A stretch of DNA of 63,908 nucleotides, filler included, from Octopus bimaculoides (Eukaryota): assembly GCF_001194135.2 (NCBI RefSeq). It is 4 parts of 4 records of this genome, joined end to end, with 100 filler letters (N's around TTAATTAATTAA, not from the genome) between each part and the next. Parts side by side here need not be neighbours in the genome. Positions count along the whole stretch, not along the records: positions 27,991 to 55,316 come from NC_068998.1; positions 55,417 to 62,003 come from NC_068982.1; positions 62,104 to 63,908 come from NC_068981.1; 1 more part is not named here. The stretch is one strand, 5' to 3'. The notes under the pieces were generated by a model. It saw only the letters and a list, made by a program, of their open reading frames with translations. It had not been told where the DNA came from and did no database searches. Numbering within the stretch: the first letter of the stretch is position 1; every line of letters begins with the position of its first letter. The translations under genes were made by a program, and so were the position numbers. This document shows positions 50,690 through 63,525 of this stretch, one piece after another.

Positions 50690-51508
50690 ATAATGCAGAG
50701 CTTAATGACCACCCCGAGAAACCTGCTTCCACAAAAACTGTTGGCTGGGAGCTGCAGAAAACCGGATTTCCCGGGAAGGCTGCAATCAGAAAACCACTAT
50801 TTTCAAAAACAAAAGTTGCAAAGCGTTTAAAGTGGAGTAAACACCTACAGAATTGGTTCCTAGAGCAGTGGAAGAATGTTATTTTCTCGGACAAGTCATC
50901 CTTTACCCTACTTCCGACCGCTGGCTGAGTATACGTGTGGAGACAGCCAAAAGAAGCATTTGACTCAGACTGCCTTCTTCTAACTGTTAAATACAGAGGA
51001 GGATCTGTGATGATCTGGGGTGTTATATCTTGGAAATCCGCCGGCCCGATGGTTTCCCTTCATGGCAGAATTAATAGTCAAGACCATTTAAGCATTTTAT
51101 CTGAACAAATTCATCCTATTTTTGTGGAACTGTTTCTGGAGGGAAACACAATCTTTCGCGATGATAATGCACCAATTCACACAGCTAAATTTGTTACGGA
51201 ATGGCACGAGGAACATTCTAGTGAAGCTGAACATCTTATCTAGCCACCACAGTCCCCAGATCTCAATATTATTGAACATTTATGGTGCATTTTAGAAAAA
51301 CAAGTAAGGAGTCAATATCCTTCATCATCATCACTACAAGGTCTGGAGACTATTTTAGCTGAAGAATGGACAAAAATTCCTTTGGAAACAATTCAAACTT
51401 TGTACGAGTTCTTACCTCGTAGAATTCAAGCTGTAATTACTGCCAAGGGCTGTCCTACCCCATATTAAAATTAATTTGTTTGAAATTTTGAGGTGTTACC
51501 ATTATTTT
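50690..51508 (+). mobile_element. Tc1 transposon relic (DD34E)
   Basis: AAIRKPL...RLKWSK...WKNVIFSDKSSF, GGSVMIWG, DDNAPIH, PQSPDLNIIEHLW; frameshifts and stops. Confidence 0.9.
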
Positions 51509-51533
51509 GTATGTATGTATATGTATGTATGTT

Positions 51534-51568
<35 letters not shown>

Positions 51569-51609
51569 NNNNNNNNNNTAGATAGATAGATAGATAGATA
51601 GATAGATGC

Positions 51610-51765
51610 ATGGCTATGTGGTAAGGAAGTTGCTTCCCAACCACATGGTTCCGAGTTCAGTCCCACTGCATGGCATATTGGGCAAGTGTCTTCTACTATA
51701 GCCACAGGCCGATCAAAGCCTCGTCAATGAACTTGATTGGCAGAAACTGAAAGAAGCCCATCGTA
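51610..51765 (+). mobile_element. tRNA-derived SINE family D
   Basis: GCATGGCTATGTGGTAAG...GAGTTCAGTCCC; reverse partial copy at about 35440-35522. Confidence 0.65.
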
Positions 51766-51771
51766 TATATT

Positions 51772-51816
<45 letters not shown>

Positions 51817-51902
51817 GCGTGCGTGCGCGTGCGTGTATGTGTGTATGCATATGTATATACGTATGTATACGTGTATCTATATATGTATATAGACGCACAT
51901 AG

Positions 51903-52063
51903 ACGACGGGATGCTGAAAAGTTCCTGGCTTTAAGAGTATCGCGAAAGGCTTGATTGGGTTCCAACCTACAGGGCTTAGGAAGATTGAAGGACCGCTGCA
52001 GTAAGTGAATCTGAGAGGGGAATATGTTGAATAAAATCCACGAACTTTTCAGTACCCCATCGT
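51903..52063. mobile_element. mariner-type MITE
   Basis: ACGACGGGATGCTGAAAAGTTC...GAACTTTTCAGTACCCCATCGT|A; partial copy at 50404-50484. Confidence 0.8.
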
Positions 52064-52559
52064 ATATGTGCATGCATATGTGTGTGTATGTATATGTTAA
52101 CACTTTTCCGTTTCTTACTTTGTATTTACATTATTATATCATTTACCACCAATCGCTAACGTAACGATTATCTCATATTAAAATGAACATTAATATTGGT
52201 GGATAAAATACGGCAGCTTACGTAATTACATGATTGCATGAGTTTTATGTTTCATGCGAATATAAACTATGCTATTTTAGCAATTTGGTTACATCCTGCT
52301 TTTACAGGACAGTTAAGATTGATTTTGATCAGCCAAGCGATGTTGATCAACCAAGCAATTAGTATTTCTTTGCTTTCTTTGTCGGTTCACCATTTTCCAG
52401 CTTGCATTGAAGATGGAAGCACATAAGTGGATGAATAATTGCACCATTATATGCATGTGTGTATGTGTGTGTGCGCGCGAGTGTGTGTGTGTGCGTGCGT
52501 GTGGTGTGTATTTGTGTGTCATTTGTATAACATAAATATTGCAGTTATACAATCTATTG

Positions 52560-54072
52560 CACTGGGGAACAAATTTAAACGTTTTGCCTTTTGAATTAGA
52601 TTTTGACAGTTCTAGGTAATTTGGGTGCGCTCAGCACAAATTTTTATTCGGATTTGCTCTATCAGGTACTGATTTTGACACCGCGATACAACCCGTGCCA
52701 CATTCGAATGAAATCCCCATTCCAATATTTAAGAGTCTGTTACCTCAAGAATTATTTGAAGATGTTCCAGAAAATATTGTTATACATTCTGAGGAGTCTG
52801 ACACTGATTTTGACTCCTGCATATTTGAAAGTCAAAATGATCTGCAAAAGTTTAACCAGGGCGAGTTGAATGATCTTGTAAAGGATCTAAATTTGCCGAA
52901 AAAGGCTGCGGAAATTTTAGCTTCAACACTTACAGCGTAAAACTTGCTTACTTCAAACACATACATTACATTTCACAGAAAAAGAGAACTTTTTTAGAAC
53001 TGAGAACAATTTAGTATATTGTTGCGACATACCTGATTTGTTACAGGAGATGGGGATTGAATCTTACACTTGTTTTTAGACAGTTCGGAAAGAAGGCTTA
53101 AGTGTGTGTTGTTGCATAATAGCAACCTATATGGCTCGATACCGATTGGGCACTTACTGTCAGAGATACCGATTGCACTTACTGTCGGAGAAAAAAAAAT
53201 GTAAATATCCACCTTTAGTGACCAGAGATAAAATCATATTTCCTCCTCTACATATCAAACTATGCTTCATTAAACAGTATGTAAAAGCTTTAGATACGAA
53301 CTGCGGGTGTTTCAAATATGTAAATTCAAAATTTTCAAGTTTAAGTTGTGAAAAAATTACAGCGGTAATTTTCGACTGTCCACAAATAAGAACATAAATT
53401 AAAGACTGCGATTTTCCTAATGTCATGAATGAACGCGAAAAAATGCTTGGTGCTCATTCGTGAGCTTAGTAGAAAGCTTTCTAGTAAGTTATAGGGCAGA
53501 TAACTACGAAGAAATCGTAAAAAACTTTTAAGGGACAACAGAAAGATAATTTGCAATATAAGCGTAAAAATGCATTTTTTTGAATAGCCATCTTGACCAA
53601 TTTCCAAGTAATTTAGGTGTTGTAAGTGACGAACAAGGGGAGATATTCCACCAAGATATCAAAATTATGGAGGAACAGTACCAAGGACGCTGGGATTCCC
53701 CTAGGATGGCTGATTATTGTCGGTGTTTGAAAACAGACCTGTCGTCAACAAGCAAGTATGCTAGAAAGTTTTATAAAAGAAAATTTTTGCCAAAGTGAAA
53801 GCTTCATATCTCTTTATTTTAAGTCATTTGTATTGTTATAATGTAATTTTACAGTTGTTTAAACTGCTTATATTCATGAAACTTGAAAATAAATTTAAAC
53901 ATATGACTTAATTTTTTAGTCCTAATTTGAAAAATCTGGAAAATGGTATGTAGGCTGTTGACAAGAATCTGGACCTTATAGGGACAAACTGAGTTGAAAT
54001 TTGAACTCAACATACCAAAATTACTTAGAATCAAGTGCCAGATATCATTCAATGAAATGTGTTCACCCAGTG
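52560..54072 (+). mobile_element. Chapaev3 (CMC)-like DNA transposon, internally deleted
   Basis: CACTGGGGAAC...GTTCACCCAGTG termini with TTG/TTA flanks; FNQGELNDLVKDLNLPK, FPPLHIKL, SHLDQFPSNLGVVSDEQGEIFHQDI, MADYC. Confidence 0.85.
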
Positions 54073-55639
54073 TTATTTAAATAATTGAGCTGAAAGTAAT
54101 GAAGTAATATTTCAGAATCTACTTTTCTCACATTAAAATAATGTGACCATAATAAACGCATTTTTTGTAGGGTAGGTGATGGGTGGTAGCGCGGTAAATT
54201 TTTTTTAGTTGTTATTGTTAATTTTCTTCATTATTATAATTCCCATTATTTAAAAACCATTTGAATAGGTCATTAGAAATAACCACTAAATTAGAAATTT
54301 TGTTAATAGCAACAGCAACATCAGGTGCAGTAAAAACCGCAACAACATCAGTAGCAACAGCAACTGAAGTCTTGCATATGTATATAAAATGCTAATTAAG
54401 TTGAAGGATGTGAATCAACATTCAAGGTCGAAATACACGGTTTTAAAAATCATGCGTAATATAATGAACTTGATTTTGGAACAGGTGTCAAGAATAAAGA
54501 GACAGAACAACGTGAGAGACACAGACCAGTTAGTCAGCTATTATACATATTCTTCTCTACAGCTGAGACAGTGAAAGGCATTGTCTAAGATGTGCTCGTC
54601 GCCATTGTTGTCATCGTCGTCGTTGATTAGACCAGGTTAACTCTGATCAACCAAACACACGACCAAAAGCAATTAAGTCGTGAATAGCAGGTCTTTTTAA
54701 GACATCTAAAGCTATATCATTCAATGTGTCCTTCATCTTTTTTTTCATCATGTGGTTGATTGTGATAAGAGGGGAGCGAATTATTTGCTTGTTTACTTCT
54801 AGCAGGGCAGGCGCCTATGTAAAAGGTGTCTAGTTGGCACAATGTCACTTAGTAAGAAGTAACGTGTCGTGACTATTAGAAATAGAAATCGTGTGATTCA
54901 TTTACTTAGAATTTCGAACCTGGTAGCCATCTAGGTTCAGTAACCCAAATTAGCTTATTAAAATACTTCAACTAAAAATGTCATTTAATGAAAACCAGAC
55001 TTTTCAAATGTAATATTAAAATGGACAATAAAAAAACAGAAAGTAATTCAAAAGTACCCAAGCGAACTCGATAACTTATTAACTCATACGTTTCTAATAA
55101 ACAGGAAAGCACAAGAATTCATACACGCCTCTGTTCCAAATAAACAGGAAAGGGTATGTAGATGGGTTACCTTCCTTTTCCTTTTCTCGTTCAAATTAAA
55201 TTTGGTTATAGTTTTGCCGATACACGCATCCAGACAAACTTTTTTCATTAAAACCCCATTTTAGGGAGGAGTGAAGTAACAGTCAGTAGAGGCTCCTTTA
55301 GACATTATTTACATTANNNNNNNNNNNNNNNNNNNNNNNNNNNNNNNNNNNNNNNNNNNNTTAATTAATTAANNNNNNNNNNNNNNNNNNNNNNNNNNNN
55401 NNNNNNNNNNNNNNNNTATATATAGTTTAATTAGAGCTTATTATTAACAATAACTTACATTAATACAGAAGGAAAGTGTAGTGCTTATTGTGAGTCATAT
55501 TCGAAATATTATTATGGAGGCAACACAGGCGAAGTCTAAAAGAACATAAATGAAATACGCATCCAAAACTTATATAAATACATATATTCTCTATAAAATG
55601 GAAATAAAATTACAAAATACACATATATATATATACACA

Positions 55640-56794
55640 CACAATTGACAGAAGTAAATAGATACCCTTATACTCGTTAAAATTAATTTAAATCTGAAAT
55701 TATACATTCAAATTATTTATTTATTATTATAATATGAATATCTAATATTTAGTAGACATACCCTTTACACTTTTCAATGCAATGACCTTATTAGGCATGC
55801 GAATGATCAAATGACGAAAATATTCTCGAGGAATTTCTGGCCAAGTTTCATGCAGTAATCTCAAAAGATCCGGCTTTGAGTATGCTTTGTTGTTCTTTTT
55901 ATGAAGTGTTCTGTTCATTATGACCCAGAAGTCTCCAATAGGGTTCATATCTGGTGACTAGCTTGGCCATAGAAGCTTTTTAATGCCATTTTCTTTCAAC
56001 TAACCTTGGGTCTTTTTAGCTGTGTGACAAGGAGCCACATCTTCTATAAAGAAAGTCTTCTTTAATCATTTCACCACTGGAGAAGATTGGAAAGAGTCCT
56101 TTCTGCAATATGAACACATATTTGTCTGAGTTTATGTTTCCCTCACATTCCACCAGCTCTAATCAGCCATTGCTCCTAGTTGCTCCCCAGACATCGCAGA
56201 ATAGCTGCCGTGTTTCATTGTTGGCTGCAAATTTGAACTTGTCAGTGAATATGACAGTGCTCCAATGCTAGTGGCATCTCCACTGTCTCACTGGCTCAAT
56301 CTTTTCTCCGCTTGATATTGACTGGTCGAAGAATTGGCTTCCTTCTTGCTGCTCTGCTATAACAGCCAAGTTTGTGGAGATACCTGACAGCTGCTCTGGT
56401 ATTGACATCAACTTGTTCTGCTATATCAGAAGCCTTACAACGAAGATTATCCTTCGCACTTCACTTAATAAAGCGAAGGCTCTGGTCGACCTGTGCGATG
56501 TAATGTGGACTCCTTGCCCTCCCTGGTGAATTGCACAATTATTCTATTAATTGTAGAAAGCGGGATCCCAAGGTTTTCTGCGATTTTACTCTGACTACAT
56601 CCATCTCCAGATTGACTCACAATACGGCTTCTTCGAAATCCGGACAGTTCCATGCCTTCTTATGTATGTGGTATGATTAAACAGTCATTGATAGAACCTG
56701 AAATATAAATATGTCGATTAATAAAAAATCTAAGTTTTTTTCAAGTTAAAATAAGCATGTTTTATAGGGTATCTATTTACTTCTGTCACGTTTG
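55640..56794 (-). mobile_element. Near full-length decayed Tc1 element (second family)
   Basis: TIRs TGACAGAAGTAAATAGATACCCT; HTH ([20 protein letters not shown]) from 56653; DDE remnants ending ...GMSTKY* at 55742. Confidence 0.9.
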
Positions 56795-57468
56795 TATATT
56801 TTACATACACACATACATACATNNNNNNNNNNNNNNNNNNNNNNNNNNNNNNNNNNNNNNNNNNNNNNNNNNNNNNNNNNNNNNNNNNNNNNNNNNNNNN
56901 NNNNNNNNNNNNNNNNNNNNNNNNNNNNNNNNNNNNNNNNNNNNNNNNNNNNNNNNNNNNNNNNNNNNNNNNNNNNNNNNNNNNNNNNNNNNNNNNNNNN
57001 NNNNNNNNNNNNNNNNNNNNNNNNNNNNNNNNNNNNNNNNNNNNNNNNNNNNNNNNNNNNNNNNNNNNNNNNNNNNNNNNNNNNNNNNNNNNNNNNNNNN
57101 NNNNNNNNNNNNNNNNNNNNNNNNNNNNNNNNNNNNNNNNNNNNNNNNNNNNNNNNNNNNNNNNNNNNNNNNNNNNNNNNNNNNNNNNNNNNNNNNNNNN
57201 NNNNNNNNNNNNNNNNNNNNNNNNNNNNNNNNNNNNNNNNNNNNNNNNNNNNNNNNNNNNNNNNNNNNNNNNNNNNNNNNNNNNNNNNNNNNNNNNNNNN
57301 NNNNNNNNNNNNNNNNNNNNNNNNNNNNNNNNNNNNNNNNNNNNNNNNNNNNNNNNNNNNNNNNNNNNNNNNNNNNNNNNNNNNNNNNNNNNNNNNNNNN
57401 NNNNNNNNNNNNNNNNNNNNNNNNNNNNNNNNNNNNNNNNNNNNNNNNNNNNNNNNNNNNNNNNNNNN

Positions 57469-57500
<32 letters not shown>

Positions 57501-57586
57501 AGAGATTCAAGGTGAATATGGTACTTAAGTTTAGGCACCAGAATTAAGTATGGTATTATCCAAACAATTCCAAAATAAGGTGATTA

Positions 57587-58014
57587 AAAATCAAAATAAG
57601 CAACGAGGATATTCAAGGTTAATGCAGTACGGTTGTTTCATGCGACTCCATTTATTTAAGCAATGTGAACATTACATTAAATGTAAAATGCAGAGCCCCA
57701 CCACTGGACAAACCCTCCCACTATAGACAGACACACTAAAACCCCACTAGAAACCTAGAAGAACCTCGAGTTGACTTATCCAGACCAAACAGGTTTTTTT
57801 TGTATTCTTCCTTCCTACTTGGAGTGTTTAAATATAGTTACAATAATATGTTCTCCTACTGAAATGAAATTTCAGTAAATTTTCTGTATCTTTATGCAGC
57901 TGAAGATTGCTCTGCAATTTACATTTAATGTAATGCTCACATTGCTTAAATAAATGGAGTCGCATGAAACGATCGTTCTGCATTAAATTTGAATAACCTT
58001 GTTGCTTATTTTGA

Positions 58015-58017
<3 letters not shown>
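57587..58017. repeat. Inverted repeat module 1 (57587-57696 / 57909-58017), Penelope pLTR-like
   Basis: ~110-bp arms are reverse complements; the right arm overlaps a hammerhead motif. Confidence 0.85.
57894..57983 (+). ncRNA. Type I hammerhead ribozyme (GUU cleavage after 57977)
   Basis: ATGCAG-CTGAAGA-[58-nt branched helix II]-GAAA-CGATCG-T-T-CTGCAT: 6-bp helix I, intact core, palindromic helix III ACGATCGT. Confidence 0.75.
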
Positions 58018-58056
<39 letters not shown>

Positions 58057-58157
58057 TGTGTGTGTGAGGAAAGGCGACAACAAAAACATAAGCAGAACGA
58101 GTATCTCAAGTCATTTAGAATATTTAATTAGAGTAAAGTGAATTTAAGGTAATTGGA

Positions 58158-58235
58158 TGTCTTACAGCCATTTCTGGCATTTCCCAAGTGATAGGTTAGC
58201 ATCTCCATACACTGGGTACTCCTTCATCAGAGACA
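58158..58235 (-). ncRNA. Type I hammerhead, helix III degenerate
   Basis: TGTCT-CTGATGA-...-GAAA-TGGCTGT-A-AGACA. Confidence 0.65.
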
Positions 58236-58892
58236 AAGTGAGTTCGTATGAAAGTTCTAGACATAGAACTTCTTCTGGGAGTTAAAATTACATCTATTTC
58301 TAAGGGGATCTGGTTAGTTAGGTTTTTAGCTAGAATGAGAGCTTTGTTAGGGAGGATAGGGGATATAGAAGCATAGTAGTTTTTGTTCTCAAATCGTAGG
58401 AATGAGGAGGTGCATTTGTTTTCAAGGAGTTGAAACCAGGTTGATGTCTAATTTTTTTTTTAACTATAGGTATTATATCGTCTTGTATAGTCTTACTGAT
58501 TCGTCCAAAGTCCGTCCTTTCTTTTCCCTCTTTCTCCTCTCTCTTCTATTTACTCACTCACAACCCATATCGATCTATCATGATTAATGTCTTGCTCCCT
58601 CTTTATACCCGCGTGGACCATTTTCATACTCTCTAACAACTTGATTTATTCCTTCAACATGAACGCAACATTCAAAATACTGCCTGGATTTAGCTGGGAC
58701 TAGCCTTAAGGACCTGTACCTTCACGAAAGTATGGACCAATCTCCATACCCTCTGGAAGAAGATGAGCTGGGAACTTTATTCTCCTGTCTGAATTCTTCT
58801 ATCTACTGTTTAACTCTTTATTCTTCAATCTACTAATTTATTCCTTTATAAACTGTGAGTTCCCTGTCTAGAACTTTCATGCATACTCACTT

Positions 58893-58970
58893 TGTTTCTG
58901 ATGACGGAATACTCAGTGTATGGAGATGCTAGCCTATCACTTGGGATATGCCAGAAACAGCTGTAAGACA
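58893..58970 (+). ncRNA. Type I hammerhead ribozyme (GUA cleavage after 58965)
   Basis: TGTTT-CTGATGA-[49-nt helix II hairpin]-GAAA-CAGCTGT-A-AGACA; helix I of 5 bp with one G-U pair; palindromic ACAGCTGT. Confidence 0.75.
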
Positions 58971-59286
58971 TCCAATAATTAATTAACTAATTAATTAATT
59001 AATTGATTGATTACCTCAGATTCACCTTGCTCTAATTAAATATTCTAAATGACTTCAGATACTCATCCTGTGTTGATTTTGTTGTCCTTTTTCCTCTAAT
59101 ATATACCTGGTAACTCGGAAGCCTACTATGGATCCTTAGCTCCAGCCTTAGTTGTGAACTTTGAACCTAACGGATAACTAATTATAGCACTTACACAGCG
59201 TCCTTGTGTTTAGATCAACAGTTAACTAAACCCCTCATATTCTCTCTCTCGCTCTCTCTCTCGCTCTCTCTCTCTCTTTCTCCCTC

Positions 59287-59317
<31 letters not shown>

Positions 59318-59644
59318 TTCTCCCTCTCTCTCTCTCTCGCTCTCTCTCCCTCTTTCTCCCTCTCTCTCTCACTCTCTTCATATATATATAAATATGTATA
59401 TGTATATATATTTGAAAATCCTACAAGACTAGGTGAAAAGTGCTTTATATGCTTTATAAAACATGTGACATATTAATAAAAATCTGTAAATGTACAACCA
59501 TCCAGATTTCTGAGTACCTTAATTTTTTTCTATAATATAATTCCTGTACATCACCTCCAAACCTTCCAATATATGTATATGTNNNNNNNNNNNNNNNNNN
59601 NNNNNNNNNNNNNNNNNNNNNNNNNNNNNNNNNNNNNNNNNNNN

Positions 59645-59676
<32 letters not shown>

Positions 59677-61331
59677 TATACATATACATGTGTACATATA
59701 CATATATATATGTATGTATGCATGAATGTATGTGTGCATGTAAGTATATGCGTATGTATATGTGCATGTATGTATGAACGATTTTTATAGCACACCTTTT
59801 CTAAACATTCACTGATAATAAAAAAGTGCTGTGATAAACATATATTTTTAAGAAAAGCATCCCAATACTCCCACCCTAATCTAACTGAAATATCAACTTC
59901 AGAAAACCGAAAGTTTCATCAAAACGATGAGACAAAGAATTTACTTTATAAAAAGATTTTGTCAGAAGCTATAAATAACTTAACACTTTTATGGTGTAAA
60001 AACGGTAAAACGTCTTCCACCAAGTAATTGTCAACAACCAGTCAAAGATTTTCAATTTTATATGATCAAACAGATCGAATTGAGAAGAAAGATCAGCTCT
60101 TTCCCGAAAGAATAAGACTAATCTGTTCAAAATAAACATTTATTTTGAACCTTTTCGTTGAATCTGATAAAAAAAACCTTTATCAGATTAAGAATATAGC
60201 ATCGATTTCTATTCACTTCTATTCTGCACTCACACACACACACACATACACATACACACACATACACACACACACATACATACACACACATACATACACA
60301 CACATACACACACAGATAGATAGATATATGTATATATATATATATAAATATATATNNNNNNNNNNNNNNNNNNNNNNNNNNNNNNNNNNNNNNNNNNNNN
60401 NNNNNNNNNNNNNNNNNNNNNNNNNNNNNNNNNNNNNNNNNNNNNNNNNNNNNNNNNNNNNNNNNNNNNNNNNNNNNNNNNNNNNNNNNNNNNNNNNNNN
60501 NNNNNNNNNNNNNNNNNNNNNNNNNNNNNNNNNNNNNNNNNNNNNNNNNNNNNNNNNNNNNNNNNNNNNNNNNNNATACATATACATATATATTAGTATG
60601 TATGTATATGTATATATATATACATATATATACATATACATATATAAATATGTATGTAGGTTTGTATATATGTAACATTTGTGCATAAATTATTATACAT
60701 ATATATACATATTTATGTATGTATGTATGTATGTATGCATGCATGCATGTATGTATGTATGTATGTATGTATGTATGTATGTAGGTCGCTAAAATAGATT
60801 TACACGTGTATATATTTGTAAATGTGTGTGTTTGTATATGTGTATATGAATAGATGAATATGTATCTAGTTACAAACCCTTTTCTAACTCATGTTTATAC
60901 CACTTTACTTGCTCCGCTATTTAATTATGGAAAATTGTTGACTACTTTGCATTACTTCCCCATCTCATTCAGAGCTGGTTGTAAGAACTACAATGTTCTC
61001 AAAAACTTTTTCTCGAAATGAAGATAACTTCAATAAGCCAATAAGTTATCTTGTATGACATTTAATATACCTTCCGTTGTCTTATACATATATGTACGTG
61101 TGCGTATGTCTATGGGTATATGTATGTCAGTCGCTTGGTTTTGAGCTACTGATAACAGGTAACCCAGTACAACCTGTTACTTTGTCGGGTTGTCGGCGCC
61201 TAAACTGACAACTCCACCGAGATTGTTTGGAGAGGAGAGTGATTTTTGTAATCCATGTGGGTGGAAAAACAAAACCTGTCAAAGGGCGAGGAACTCATGA
61301 GAGTCACCGGCCATTCAGCATTGTGTACATG

Positions 61332-61381
<50 letters not shown>

Positions 61382-61389
61382 TATAGATA

Positions 61390-61431
<42 letters not shown>

Positions 61432-61620
61432 TAAGAAGGGTATTGGATTTAACCAAACCCAAAGATACAGGTAATACCGAGTAAGTGCTGTATACCGGCT
61501 AGTTATGCCCCATTCGTTGTATAGACAGGATTGGGGATTATAAGTCGTGTATTAGCGCGTGTATGTATAAATAGAGAAAAGGATAAAGAACAATGGCAAA
61601 GCTAGAAATATATTTTATGG

Positions 61621-62003
61621 ATAGAACACAGCCCCCAAGTCTCATCTACTTGTAACTGCCGCTCTGGGACAATCTGCCCGCTACAAATGCATTGCGTAAG
61701 ATACAACGTAATATATAAATGCACTGTAAGAAATCTATTACATAACTCTACAGCTACATACATAGGTGCAACTAAAAACTTCAAACAACGCTACGCAGCC
61801 CATTTGCACTCTTTTAGATATGACAAACACAGTAAATCTACAACATTAGCCAACCACATTCATCACCTCAAAAGCACAAATACCCAGTATACTTTAAAAT
61901 GGTCCATCCTAGACTCCGGAATTCCATACCAGGGCCAGCGCTCTAATTGCAAGCTCTGCTTAAAGGAGGCGTTCCATATTCTAAAATACAATTCTCCCAC
62001 TCT
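61621..62003 (+). mobile_element. Penelope-like element GIY-YIG endonuclease fragment, running into a gap
   Basis: CNCRSGTICPLQMHC..NVIYKCTV...TYIGATKNFKQRYAAH...STTLANHIHHLK...KWSIL...CKLCLKEAFHIL; open frame. Confidence 0.9.
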
Positions 62004-62103
62004 NNNNNNNNNNNNNNNNNNNNNNNNNNNNNNNNNNNNNNNNNNNNTTAATTAATTAANNNNNNNNNNNNNNNNNNNNNNNNNNNNNNNNNNNNNNNNN
62101 NNN

Positions 62104-62182
<79 letters not shown>

Positions 62183-62286
62183 TCCGCAATATATTTGGAT
62201 AAATGTCCAATAATGTGTAAAGTTAATAAAAGAAAGTGGATACTTGGATAATTTTATTTGTATCACGATGAAAAAAAGTAATACAA

Positions 62287-62783
62287 ATAAGATTCAGGAT
62301 ATGAAGGAACCGAATCAACAAAAGAAATAAGCATAAAAGAATCCTACATATGTTTCAATCTGGCCATTAGGTTTTGATCATCAGCATTCAAGCGATGTCA
62401 GATGTAAAATAACACCATATTATGTCCGGGTCTCATCAGGAAATGATGTTAACTGGTGGTGAATATATTTTTCAAATACATTATAGTATTTTAGCAAAAT
62501 TTCATTAGATAATATCTCCCAACATGTATTCGACGTCCTAATAAATTATTGTTCATGTTTGAATATTTGAACCCACGATCTTCATCTTACTTATTTCGTT
62601 GTTCCCCACCAGAAAGTAAATATCACTCCTTGTTGAGATCCGGACATCATGTGGGGTTATTTTACACCTAAGATTGCTTGAATGCGGATGATCAAAACCT
62701 AATGGCAGAATTGAAGCATATGTAGGATTCTTTTATGGTAATTTCTTTTGTTCTATTCGACTCTTTTATATCCTGATTCTTAT
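62287..62783. mobile_element. Long-TIR fold-back element
   Basis: ~190-bp inverted arms (ATAAGATTCAGGATAT...GAATCCTACATATG...ATTAGGTTTTGATCATC). Confidence 0.8.
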
Positions 62784-63525
62784 ATACTCTTTTTACTCTT
62801 TTACTTGTTTCAGTCATTTGACTGCGGNNNNNNNNNNGAAGCACAAGTACATGGAACATGAACTATTCTTTCGAACAACGAAAGACAAATTCAAAACGTA
62901 TGTACGTATGTTTTGTTTGTGTTCTTATGTTTGTGCGTGTCACACGCCACCTTTTGATGAAAAATACTGGTTTATTTATGAGTTCGTACCTTAGCAGGTC
63001 GGAATGAGATATCCGGTGGGTTAAGCATAAGTCATAAGTAAAAGTAAGTAAATTTATTCGACTAAATCATTCAAGTTGGTGACTCAGCACGGCCAGCGAT
63101 CCAGTGATTAAAAAAAAGATAAACAGCAACATAAATATGATATATATACATACGTGGAATTATTTTATTTTCTGTCTGAAGAGTTTCTAATAGGAACTTT
63201 CTTACATGTTTATCCAAAACGTACAACTTTATAATTCCTATTAGCAAATGAAACATGCGTAATAATGATTAAACATCCTTCCAGTTTCCTGTTTTGATTT
63301 ATGATAACACAGCGAACAATGTTTTAAGAATTTCAAACTTTAAGATATACCTCACATAAATTGAACAACTACGACAGCTACATACTGGAAAAAGCAGATG
63401 TGCTTCAAGAGGATACAGCTTGGATTTCACCCTACCTATATTATATTATATATATATACATACAGTGTACATTTAACCACATAAGAGAGTTGTCCATAAT
63501 AGGACATCTAACCCGCTAGTTGTTG

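Larger units (their letters stand above)
58075..59075. repeat. Inverted repeat module 2 (58075-58265 / 58862-59075), Penelope pLTR-like
   Basis: ~190-bp diverged inverted arms, each with a hammerhead motif; ~600-bp spacer. Confidence 0.85.
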
